A stretch of DNA of 58,491 nt from Nitrospiria bacterium (GTDB lineage: Bacteria; Nitrospirota; Nitrospiria; SBBL01; JAADHI01), in the NCBI GenBank assembly GCA_046756865.1, contig JBHHXE010000002.1:1-58491 (forward strand), read 5' to 3'. Each line of letters opens with the position of its first letter. The first letter of the stretch is position 1. A model generated the notes under the pieces. That model was given only the letters and a program-made list of their open reading frames with translations. It had not been told where the DNA came from and did no database searches. The translations under genes and the position numbers were made by a program. Of this stretch, positions 29,385 through 37,715 are shown in pieces.

Positions 29385-30899
29385 ATGGACCGATACATCC
29401 GAAGAATCCGCCACCTCATGGGCGCTTCCTTTGAAATTACCGCATATGGTCAGGAGAGAGCCTGTGCTTCAGGAATCGCCGCGGCTTTTAGCGAAGTGGA
29501 CCGGATCGAGCGCCTCCTGACTGTTTACAAACCGGAAAGTGAGCTGGCCCGACTGAACCGCTATGCCCGGAAGGGCTTTGTCCGGCTCGACCCCGAGATG
29601 CTTGAGATACTTTCCGAAGCCCTCCGTTATGCCGAGGCCAGCGGCGGGGCCTATGACCCGACTGCGGGCCCCTTGATCGACCTCTGGGGATTCGGACCGG
29701 CTGGACAATGCAGCTCTCCTCCCTCAAAAGAAATCATTCGTTCGCGCCTCCGATCTGTCGGCCATCAAGGTGTGAGGATAGATCCTGATGTGGGCGGCGT
29801 TTTCTTGCTTCGGGAGAGCATGGCCCTGAACCTCGGCGGGATCGGAAAGGGTTATGCCCTTGATCAGGCAGTCCGGATACTCAAGTCTCATGAAATCACG
29901 CGGGGACTGGTCAGCTTTGGAAGCACACTCTACGCCTGGGGCGCTCCCCCCGGCACGACAGGATGGTCCATCGCAATTCAAGATCCCCGCCGGGAAAACA
30001 GGCAAATCGAAACGGTGATCCTCCGCGATCAGGCCCTCTCCACCTCCGGTGATTACGAACGTTGCTTCTTCTACAAGGGAAAACGTTTCTCCCATATCAT
30101 CCACCCAAAGAAAGGATATCCTGTCACAGGGGTGGCAAGCGTGAGCGTCATCGCTCCAAGCGCCATGTCCTCAGACGTCCTCTCAACCGCAGCCTTCGTC
30201 CTGGGTCCCAAAAAAGGGAAAAAACTAATCATGCGCTTTGCAGGAGTAGAAGGCCTCATCCTTCCTGAAGAGAACGGGAAGGCACTCAACGCAAAGAAAA
30301 CCCCTGGGTGGGCGGCGTATTCCCTTCCCCGTCCGATAGCCCGCAGACGTTTTCTGGCAATGACCTGTGCCGCCCTGATCACCCTTGTGCTCCCCATCGG
30401 CGTAGACGCGGCAATCCGCTTTGCGACAAAAGAGGCAGCGCTTGGAAGACTGATGCCCGAGGCAGAGGCCTTTGAAGCGCAACATGTTGAACTCTCTCGT
30501 GAACAACTTTCACAGGCTCAGCAACTCGCCAAAAAGGGGTTTCGAAAAAAAAATTACCGATGGTGGATTGGCCGAAAGGGGAAGGATGCGGTCGGCTACG
30601 CGGTTCTTCTCAATGTCCGCGGGAAAAAGCGCCCAATCACATTTCTCGTCGGGATTGACCCCATCGGACAAATTAGAGGCGTAGAGGTCCTGATCTACCG
30701 TGAATCGGAAGGTGCTGGCATCCGGTACCCCCAGTTTATGAAACAGTTTCTGGATAAAACAAAAGAAAGCACCCTTCGGCTTGGGGGTGATATCCGCGCC
30801 CTCAGCGGGGCCACCCTTTCTTCGCGCGCGGCAACCTATGCCGTCCGGAAGGCCTTGTCTCTCTTCGAGGTCATTTACATGAAAGAGCGTGCATTGTGA
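29385..30899 (+). CDS. apbE: FAD:protein FMN transferase (ApbE) fused via a TM segment to an FMN_bind domain
   Basis: The N-terminal roughly 320 aa is ApbE-like (MGASFEITAYG, YDPTAGPLIDLWGFG, LNLGGIGKGYALD, STSGDYERCF). Then comes RRRFLAMTCAALITLVLPIGV. The C-terminal domain carries the FMN_bind flavinylation-type motif LSGATLSSRA. Confidence 0.75.
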   Translation: MDRYIRRIRHLMGASFEITAYGQERACASGIAAAFSEVDRIERLLTVYKPESELARLNRYARKGFVRLDPEMLEILSEALRYAEASGGAYDPTAGPLIDLWGFGPAGQCSSPPSKEIIRSRLRSVGHQGVRIDPDVGGVFLLRESMALNLGGIGKGYALDQAVRILKSHEITRGLVSFGSTLYAWGAPPGTTGWSIAIQDPRRENRQIETVILRDQALSTSGDYERCFFYKGKRFSHIIHPKKGYPVTGVASVSVIAPSAMSSDVLSTAAFVLGPKKGKKLIMRFAGVEGLILPEENGKALNAKKTPGWAAYSLPRPIARRRFLAMTCAALITLVLPIGVDAAIRFATKEAALGRLMPEAEAFEAQHVELSREQLSQAQQLAKKGFRKKNYRWWIGRKGKDAVGYAVLLNVRGKKRPITFLVGIDPIGQIRGVEVLIYRESEGAGIRYPQFMKQFLDKTKESTLRLGGDIRALSGATLSSRAATYAVRKALSLFEVIYMKERAL

Positions 30900-31384
30900 A
30901 AAATTTTATCCGGAATAACGCCTGGATTGAAAAAACCTCACTCGAAATTCGCTGGATCTACACCCTCTTCATCGTCTTCGCTCTGATCGGTCATCTGAGC
31001 TTCATCCTGATCGCCGTATCACGCGTCGGCCCCGGGTATGACGATATTGTCCAGCACTATCGCGGCGGAGACAACGAAGAAGAAATGGCCTTTCCGAAGG
31101 AATTTATAGAACTTCTGGAGGTCACCCACTTTCACGCCTACATCGAAGGAATTCTCCTCCTGGTTCTGGCCCATCTCTATGTTGCCGTTCCACATTCACG
31201 TCGGATAAAACTGGCGGTTATCGGCATATCTTTTGGGAGCACCCTGCTCGACCTGCTCTCCCCGTGGCTGATTCGTTATCTCTCGGCATACGCAGCCTTC
31301 GGTCAAATCGGGGCCTGGATCGGAATGAGTCTCAGCTATCTTCCCCTGACGCTCGTCCCGCTCTACACCATGTGGAAAAAATGA
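30896..31384 (+). CDS. 4-TM membrane protein of unknown family
   Basis: 162 aa with four hydrophobic helices carrying His residues (IGHLSF, THFHAYIEG, LAHLY). The GTG start overlaps the apbE stop (GTGA) and its stop overlaps the next start (ATGA). Confidence 0.6.
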   Translation: MKNFIRNNAWIEKTSLEIRWIYTLFIVFALIGHLSFILIAVSRVGPGYDDIVQHYRGGDNEEEMAFPKEFIELLEVTHFHAYIEGILLLVLAHLYVAVPHSRRIKLAVIGISFGSTLLDLLSPWLIRYLSAYAAFGQIGAWIGMSLSYLPLTLVPLYTMWKK

Positions 31385-33069
31385 ACCGATCCTCCCACGC
31401 GCCACAACCCCTCACCCCCTCAGACGGGCTTTCCGCTCGCTTAAAATGGCCGGGGCTTTCCGGATGGAAGCTCATCCCCTTTTTTGTTGCCACCCTCGTC
31501 ATGATTCCGCTGGCTATGGTACTTTCCTCATTTTTTCGGCCCGGCGACGACGTCTGGCAGCACCTTGTAAATACCCTTCTGGGACGCTTACTCATGAATA
31601 CCTTCCAGCTGAGTCTCGGCGTTTTGAGTGGAACAGCCCTGATCGGGGTCAGCCTGGCCTGGTTCTGCGCCACTTGTGATTTCCCCTTCAGAAAATTCTT
31701 TGATCGGGCCTTGATGCTTCCCATGGCAATCCCCGCCTATGTTACCGCTTTTGTGGCCATCGGCCTCCTCGATTTTTCCGGCCCGGTCCAGACGCTTCTT
31801 CGGCGCTGGTTTGGCGATGCGCTCCGGTTTCCGAATATCCGTTCCACAGGGGGCGTGATCATCGTGATGATTCTGGCCCTCTACCCCTACGTTTATCTTC
31901 TCACACGTAATGCCTTCCTCAGCCAGGGGAGGCGTGCAATGGAGGCCGCACAGTCGCTAGGACTCGGCCGCTGGCGGGGTTTCTTCCGTGTGGCCCTTCC
32001 GATGGGAAGGCCCTGGATCTTTGGAGGTCTATTGCTGGTTCTCATGGAAACGCTTGCGGATTTCGGCACAGTCTCCATTTTTAACTACGACACCTTTGCA
32101 ACAGCCATCTACAAAGCCTGGTTCGGGTTCTTCTCACTTTCTGCGGCGTCCCAACTCGCCTCGCTCTTGATCCTGATCGTCTTTATTCTCCTCTGGATGG
32201 AGCAGAAATTTACGGACAAAACCCGCTACACGCAGGTCGAAAAATCCGGCGCCCGCGGGGACCGCATTGTACTGCGCCCCCTGACCGGGTGGCTTGTATT
32301 TGCCTATACCTCTACAGTCTTTCTTGTCGCTTTTATGATTCCAGTTATCCAACTTTCTGTATGGGCACTTCATACCTTTCAGAAAGACTTCAGCACCCGG
32401 TATTTCTCTTTTTTGTCTCATTCTCTTTTTCTGGGAGGATTCGGTGCGCTTCTCACGATCGCGACGGCCCTCCTCCTGGCCTATGCGCTCCGCCTGCACG
32501 ACAACCCCCTCAACCGCCTCATGGCCCGAATCGCCACCCTGGGCTACGCCCTGCCCGGAAGCGTCCTGGCCGTCGGGATCTTCATCCCGCTGGCCTGGCT
32601 TGATAATAAATTAATCGCCCTGGGGAAAACGTGGTTTGACCTGGATCCCGGCCAGATCTTCAACGGTACCCTGGTGGCCATGTTCCTCGCCTACCTGGTC
32701 CGCTTCCTTGCAGTCGCCTATCATCCCGTTCGGAGCGCGATCAAACGCATTACGCCCTCAATCGACGAAACGTCACGAAGCCTCCGCGTCACCGGCATTT
32801 CGATGTTGCGGAAGGTCCATCTGCCTGTCTTACGCGGCGGACTTTTCACCGCTGCCACGCTCGTTTTTGTCGATATCATGAAGGAGATGCCGATTACCCT
32901 GATGACACGCCCTTTTGGATGGGACACTCTGGCGATCCGGATTTACGAGATGACTTCAGAGGGAGAATGGGAACGCGCAGCCCTGCCGGCAATGGTCCTC
33001 GTCCTGACCGGCCTATTCCCGATCATTCTCTTGACTAAAAATGCACAGGGGTTTGGCGATGGGAAATAA
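31381..33069 (+). CDS. ABC transporter permease, duplicated 12-TM ferric-iron (FbpB/AfuB) or ThiP type
   Basis: A roughly 560-aa permease with two internal repeats, each with an EAA-like loop (EAAQSLGLGRWRGFFRVALP; ETSRSLRVTGISMLRKVHLP). Start at the ATGA overlap at 31381. Confidence 0.8.
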   Translation: MNRSSHAPQPLTPSDGLSARLKWPGLSGWKLIPFFVATLVMIPLAMVLSSFFRPGDDVWQHLVNTLLGRLLMNTFQLSLGVLSGTALIGVSLAWFCATCDFPFRKFFDRALMLPMAIPAYVTAFVAIGLLDFSGPVQTLLRRWFGDALRFPNIRSTGGVIIVMILALYPYVYLLTRNAFLSQGRRAMEAAQSLGLGRWRGFFRVALPMGRPWIFGGLLLVLMETLADFGTVSIFNYDTFATAIYKAWFGFFSLSAASQLASLLILIVFILLWMEQKFTDKTRYTQVEKSGARGDRIVLRPLTGWLVFAYTSTVFLVAFMIPVIQLSVWALHTFQKDFSTRYFSFLSHSLFLGGFGALLTIATALLLAYALRLHDNPLNRLMARIATLGYALPGSVLAVGIFIPLAWLDNKLIALGKTWFDLDPGQIFNGTLVAMFLAYLVRFLAVAYHPVRSAIKRITPSIDETSRSLRVTGISMLRKVHLPVLRGGLFTAATLVFVDIMKEMPITLMTRPFGWDTLAIRIYEMTSEGEWERAALPAMVLVLTGLFPIILLTKNAQGFGDGK

Positions 33070-34171
33070 AACGATTATCGAGTTACTTCATGTGAGCCGA
33101 CAATACAAAAACAGCCAATCACCTGCCGCGCACGACGTCTCGCTTCATGTTGAAGAAGGAAAGATCCTCGCACTCCTGGGACCCAGCGGGAGTGGCAAGA
33201 CAACCCTGCTCCGCTTAATCGCAGGTTTTGAGGCCCCGGACCAGGGAAAGATCTTGCTCGCAGGACGCGAAGTCAGCCGCCGCGCGGCATTCGTCCCTCC
33301 CGAACAAAGAGGCATCGGGATGGTCTTTCAGGATTATGCCCTTTTTCCCCACTTGTCCGTCACGGCAAATGTGGGGTTCGGATTAAGCCACTTGAGCCGG
33401 CGCGACCAGCGTCTTAAAGAAGATGAAACCCTGGAGATGGTCGGCCTCTCCGCATTGCGTCATCGCTTCCCGCATGAGCTCTCCGGAGGACAGCAGCAGC
33501 GCGTCGCCCTGGCGCGCGCCCTCGCGCCCGACCCGATTGTTCTTCTCCTGGACGAACCCTTCAGCAACCTTGATCCCGATATGCGGACACGGATGCAGCG
33601 TGAAGTGTCGTCCATCCTCGAAAAAACAGGGAGCACGGCCATCCTGGTAACCCACGATCACGAGGAAGCCTTTGCGATGGCGGATCATGTCGCCCTTCTC
33701 AATGAAGGCGTTTTAGAACAGCACGATACGCCGGAGGTCATTTATCATACTCCAGTGACCCCTTTTGTGGCTGACTTTGTCGGAAAGGCCGATTTTATTC
33801 CGGGAATCGTCCGGAATCATTTGATTGAAACAGAGATCAGCACATTTCCAAATGATCAAAAACTTCCGACCGGGATGGAGGTCATGGTGATGATTCGCCC
33901 GGACGACATCGACCTGATTCCAAACCCGAGGGGGGAAAATACCTTGTTCAGACGGCAATTCCGCGGCTCGGAGAACGTCTACTGCATCCTGCTCCCTTCC
34001 GGCCAGGTCCTTCACAGCAGCCAACACTCCCTGACGGTCTATCCGGATCGAACCAGGGTCGAATTGAAACTGAAAGTAACCCATACGGTGATTTTTAAAA
34101 AAGAAGCAGCTGTCTTTGAAAAAGACAGCACCGGTCGCTATCGGGTCCGGTCAAGTGAATCGTTACCGTAA
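33059..34171 (+). CDS. ABC transporter ATP-binding protein (FbpC/PotA-like with C-terminal TOBE-like domain)
   Basis: Walker A GPSGSGKTT, signature LSGGQQQRVALARAL and Walker B LLLDEP. The start overlaps the permease stop. Confidence 0.85.
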   Translation: MGNKTIIELLHVSRQYKNSQSPAAHDVSLHVEEGKILALLGPSGSGKTTLLRLIAGFEAPDQGKILLAGREVSRRAAFVPPEQRGIGMVFQDYALFPHLSVTANVGFGLSHLSRRDQRLKEDETLEMVGLSALRHRFPHELSGGQQQRVALARALAPDPIVLLLDEPFSNLDPDMRTRMQREVSSILEKTGSTAILVTHDHEEAFAMADHVALLNEGVLEQHDTPEVIYHTPVTPFVADFVGKADFIPGIVRNHLIETEISTFPNDQKLPTGMEVMVMIRPDDIDLIPNPRGENTLFRRQFRGSENVYCILLPSGQVLHSSQHSLTVYPDRTRVELKLKVTHTVIFKKEAAVFEKDSTGRYRVRSSESLP

Positions 34172-34191
34172 TCTGGGCAATAAAGGTGGAT

Positions 34192-34300
34192 CCAGGATTT
34201 TGGCTTCAGGGCAAGGCGCGAGGAGCGCAGAACCGGAGCCAATGGTTTTACGTGAGGATTCGAGCACCACAGCAACGCAACCCTGGAGTCAAATAGGGGC
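34192..34300. repeat. structured intergenic repeat, family F2, copy b
   Basis: CAGGGCAAGGCGCGAGGAGCGCAGAACCGGAGCC..GAGGATTCGAGCACCACAGCAACGCAACCCTG, lying between convergent genes. Confidence 0.75.
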
Positions 34301-34311
34301 GTACCGGATCG

Positions 34312-34986
34312 TCATGTTTTTACAACGGGAATCTTGAGTTCTCTCACCTTCTTCCGAAGGGTATTCCGGTTCATCCCGAGGAGCTGGGCCGCGCGCACCT
34401 GATTTCCCTTGGTTTCCTTAAGAACAAGCTTGATCAGCGGCTTCTCAAATTCACGAAGCAGGAGACCGTATAGTTTTTTTACTTCGCAATGCTTAATTTT
34501 TTCGACAAACTGGGAAAGCTTCTTTTCGACAAGCTCTTCCAGGTTGGGCTCCTGTTTCTTTTGATCTTGCTCTTTTTTCACCGCAGCCATTGCGGGAGGG
34601 AGGCTTCGTCCATCCCTGGAATTCAGGCATTCTGACATTTCCCCGATAAGCGGAAAGGTTCTTTCAATGGCGTCAGACGATGAAACAATTGTGAAGAATG
34701 CCCTTCCCTCCTTCTTCATCAGTTGAAGCAGCTTGAGCTCCTCCGCTATGTTTTTGTCGGAGGCAATGACGACAACCGTGTCGGGGGAGTCATATTTCCG
34801 GGGAAGTGACTTTATTGATTTAAGTGTTTTGATCTGCGTTCCGTTTGAACTGAAGGCTTTTTGAAAGCGCGTCACAAATTCCGCACGGTCATGAATCACA
34901 AAAATGTTCTGGGTCACAAAGTGCTCCGGGAAGGAAGGCGGGCCGAACGACCGGATAATAACTGCACATTTATCTAGCACGTTCAA
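34312..34986 (-). CDS. Fis-type HTH DNA-binding protein with receiver-like N-terminal domain
   Basis: C-terminal Fis/NtrC-type HTH (GNQVRAAQLLGMNRNTLRKKVREL). The N-terminal roughly 120 aa is alpha/beta and receiver-like. No AAA+ sigma54-activator domain is present. Confidence 0.65.
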   Translation of the reverse strand: MNVLDKCAVIIRSFGPPSFPEHFVTQNIFVIHDRAEFVTRFQKAFSSNGTQIKTLKSIKSLPRKYDSPDTVVVIASDKNIAEELKLLQLMKKEGRAFFTIVSSSDAIERTFPLIGEMSECLNSRDGRSLPPAMAAVKKEQDQKKQEPNLEELVEKKLSQFVEKIKHCEVKKLYGLLLREFEKPLIKLVLKETKGNQVRAAQLLGMNRNTLRKKVRELKIPVVKT

Positions 34987-35163
34987 TTTAATTCGTCAAC
35001 CCAAAAACCGCCGAGATCGAAAGGGGATTTGCGTCGCCCCTCCTCCGGCCAGGCTGGACAGAGCCCCCCTCTGTGCACTCTTGCGTCCGCTCTTTCACAA
35101 GTCGTCACGGCTTGACAATCCAAAGCGCTCATGCTACCCATCCCTGCAACACGAGGAATGAAT

Positions 35164-35886
35164 ATGCAAAAACGCCCTTTAGGAGACGAGAAGGAAAAAG
35201 CGGTTCAGGCGATGTTTTCATCAATCGCAGGCTTTTACGATTTGAATAACAGCCTCCTCTCTCTCGGCCTGCATCACCGCTGGAAAAAAAGAACCCTGGA
35301 TTCCGCAGCACTACAGCCGGGCGAGACGGTTCTCGACGTCGGGGCCGGGACAGCCGATCTTTCCATCCTTGCCGCCAGCCAGGTCGGAAAGAAGGGGCAG
35401 GTCATTACGAGTGACCTGAACGAGGCCATGCTAAGGATCGGCCTTAAAAAGGTGCGGGATAAACAACTCAGACAGGTGCACTGTCTCCTCGGAAACGCGG
35501 AATGGCTTCCTTTCCCGGACGCGGCATTCGACGCCGTTCTGACCGGGTTCTGCATCCGGAATGTTTCAGACCTTGATCAGGGCTTTCGAGAAATCTATCG
35601 CGTCCTCAAACCCGGAGGCAGAATGGCCTGCCTCGATTTTTCAAGACCGGCGCAGCCGCTCTTCCGGAAGCTCTATGACTTCTACTCTTTCACGCTCCTT
35701 CCCAGTATCGGAACGTGGGTCTCAAAAGACCAAACCGGTATCTACCAATATCTCCCCGATTCCATCCGGACCTTCCCGGATCAGGAGGGTCTCAAAAAAA
35801 GAATCGAAGCTGCCGGATTCAAAGACGCCTCCTACGAAAACCTCACAGGCGGAATCGTCGCAATCCATTCCGGGATAAAAAAATAA
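35164..35886 (+). CDS. ubiE: demethylmenaquinone/ubiquinone C-methyltransferase
   Basis: MFSSIAGFYDLNNSLLSLGLHHRWKK plus SAM motif VLDVGAGTADLS. ATG 35164 lies 6 nt after GAGGA. Confidence 0.85.
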   Translation: MQKRPLGDEKEKAVQAMFSSIAGFYDLNNSLLSLGLHHRWKKRTLDSAALQPGETVLDVGAGTADLSILAASQVGKKGQVITSDLNEAMLRIGLKKVRDKQLRQVHCLLGNAEWLPFPDAAFDAVLTGFCIRNVSDLDQGFREIYRVLKPGGRMACLDFSRPAQPLFRKLYDFYSFTLLPSIGTWVSKDQTGIYQYLPDSIRTFPDQEGLKKRIEAAGFKDASYENLTGGIVAIHSGIKK

Positions 35887-35995
35887 CGGCTTTAGACGAG
35901 TATTAAAAAACACAGCGTCCGTCATTCCCGAATGTTTAATCGGGAATCCAGCATCTTGAAACTCACATTAGGTCGGCAAGAGAAGCGGTAGCCGG

Positions 35996-36117
35996 GAAAC
36001 CGTCAAGTCGCTTGCAAGACAAGGCCAGAGATCTTTTTGGCGACCGAGACGTACTCTTCGTACGTTGAGGAGCCAAAAAGGCCGATAACGCAGTATTGCA
36101 AGTGAATCGACGGTTTC
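35996..36117. repeat. structured intergenic repeat, family F1, copy C
   Basis: Helices gaaaccgtc/gacggtttc (9 bp), cttgcaa/ttgcaag, tttttggc/gccaaaaa (8 bp) and cgtac/gtacg. It ends 11 nt from the stop of the minus-strand methyltransferase gene. Confidence 0.8.
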
Positions 36118-36128
36118 CTGGCGGTTTC

Positions 36129-36827
36129 TTAGGATGGGGCCTTCGCGCTGATGATCGCCGCCCCCTGCATTGTCAACGATTCAACCTGAACCTCGCAAAA
36201 ACCCTCCGCCTCCATCGCCGCTGTCGTCTCAGAAACCCAGGCGGTCAGCCGGATCACCTCCGGCAGATCCCGAAGGACTTCTTTCCACTCAGGATACCAT
36301 AAGCCCCCGATCGGTTGGGCCAGTTTAAAATAGAGCGCAAAGATTTTTTGCAGTAGCAAAGAATCCGGATAGGTAAAATCATGCATGAGGAGCCTTCCCT
36401 CCGGGGCCATCATGCGCCGGCAATTTTTAATCAGTCGTGGGAGGTCCGCATACTTCGGAAGGTAAGATGTGGTAATCGTATCAAATCGCGCATGACTTAA
36501 GTAGTCTTCAGCCGGTGAGTGAACGAAATCGACATTTTTGAAGCCCAGGGCCTCCGCTTTTAGGCGAGCAATGCCCAGGTAGCCTTTTGTAATGTCAACC
36601 CCGATGACGCAGCTTTCCGGGAATTTCCGGGCGATGGCAAAGGTGAGGATTCCGGTTCCGCAGGCCAGATCAAGAACGCTTCGGGGCGAGGTGATTTGCT
36701 CCAGGATTCTTTTTTTCCACAAGCGGTCTATGCCCAGGGTAAAACGGTGAACAACTTCATCATAGCTCGGGCCGGTCTTGGAGAAAAACTTGTCGATCCA
36801 CTGCCGCTTCTCTTCAAGGGAAGCCAT
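36129..36827 (-). CDS. class I SAM-dependent methyltransferase
   Basis: SAM motif VLDLACGTGILT. 232 aa. UbiE/COQ5-like fold assigned by eye. Confidence 0.75.
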   Translation of the reverse strand: MASLEEKRQWIDKFFSKTGPSYDEVVHRFTLGIDRLWKKRILEQITSPRSVLDLACGTGILTFAIARKFPESCVIGVDITKGYLGIARLKAEALGFKNVDFVHSPAEDYLSHARFDTITTSYLPKYADLPRLIKNCRRMMAPEGRLLMHDFTYPDSLLLQKIFALYFKLAQPIGGLWYPEWKEVLRDLPEVIRLTAWVSETTAAMEAEGFCEVQVESLTMQGAAIISAKAPS

Positions 36828-37046
36828 TTTAATTCATCCTGATTTATGATGCCCGATTTTAGGATTAAATAACCCCGCTCGGTAAGAACAGGGACGACGC
36901 TCACGATACATGTTCACAAACCAGTGAATATCCCGCCGTGTTGACGGAAGAACCTGAATAGACTAATCTTTCCTTGAAAGTACTTCAAATATATACCACA
37001 GCTGCCTGAGTACTGACAAGAAATCGTCTTGGGGGAGGAAAGGGAT

Positions 37047-37715
37047 ATGCGGATCACCGTCATGGTCATCTCGATCTTTATAGCCATCCTGATGCAGATC
37101 CTCCCAGCGTCAACCCAGCCCGACGTCTTTGAAGACACAATCCCGCGAAAACAGTCAATCCTCCAGGCGGGAACCATTATCCCGCAACCCACTTTTCCCG
37201 AGTCTTTCTCTGAAAAACCGACCGAAATTCTTTTCCGGGTCATCAACCAAAGCCGGGAAAAGGTCTTTGTCCAGGGAATCAGCCAGAGCGGAGGTGCTGT
37301 ACAACTTTTTTTCTATCATCAAGACCGAGGGATGGGATGGAAACCTTTCTTCTCATCACTGCCCTGTGATCTCCCGACCTGCCGCAACCTGCGCACCTTC
37401 ACAGAAGGATGTGTCAAGCCTTCTCCCTTTGTAATCCCCCTGGGACCGGCAGGAGAAACCAATGCAGTTCGCGAGTTTCGCTGGGGGGGGGTTCTTTACC
37501 AGAGGATTGAGGCAACGAGAGAGCCCCGCGAGCGGCGTTTTTGTTATAAGGGCTGGATCCCGAAAAAAGGCAGAATGCGGATCGAAATTGAATTTTCAAA
37601 AACAAAACAAGAGGGAACGAAAGGAAAAGGCACAATCGGAGGCCGGTTTCATACGGCAATCGAATTTAATCTCCCTGCCTCCCGGAAGGTTTATGAAATA
37701 TTTGTCGGCCGGTAG
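37047..37715 (+). CDS. secreted hypothetical protein
   Basis: Signal-peptide-like MRITVMVISIFIAILMQILPAST. Four Cys. No family recognised. Preferred over the overlapping minus-strand ORF 36914-37246. Confidence 0.5.
   Translation: MRITVMVISIFIAILMQILPASTQPDVFEDTIPRKQSILQAGTIIPQPTFPESFSEKPTEILFRVINQSREKVFVQGISQSGGAVQLFFYHQDRGMGWKPFFSSLPCDLPTCRNLRTFTEGCVKPSPFVIPLGPAGETNAVREFRWGGVLYQRIEATREPRERRFCYKGWIPKKGRMRIEIEFSKTKQEGTKGKGTIGGRFHTAIEFNLPASRKVYEIFVGR

Noticed and set aside
17123-36117. The dispersed F1/F2 repeats considered as a CRISPR-like array
   Set aside because: The copies are roughly 120 nt long, kilobases apart, separated by genes and structurally complex. There are no regularly spaced short repeats or cas genes.
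36914-37246. 110-aa minus-strand ORF overlapping the start of the secreted hypothetical protein
   Set aside because: It has no RBS or features, and the plus-strand ORF has a signal peptide and is longer. Neither is strongly supported.
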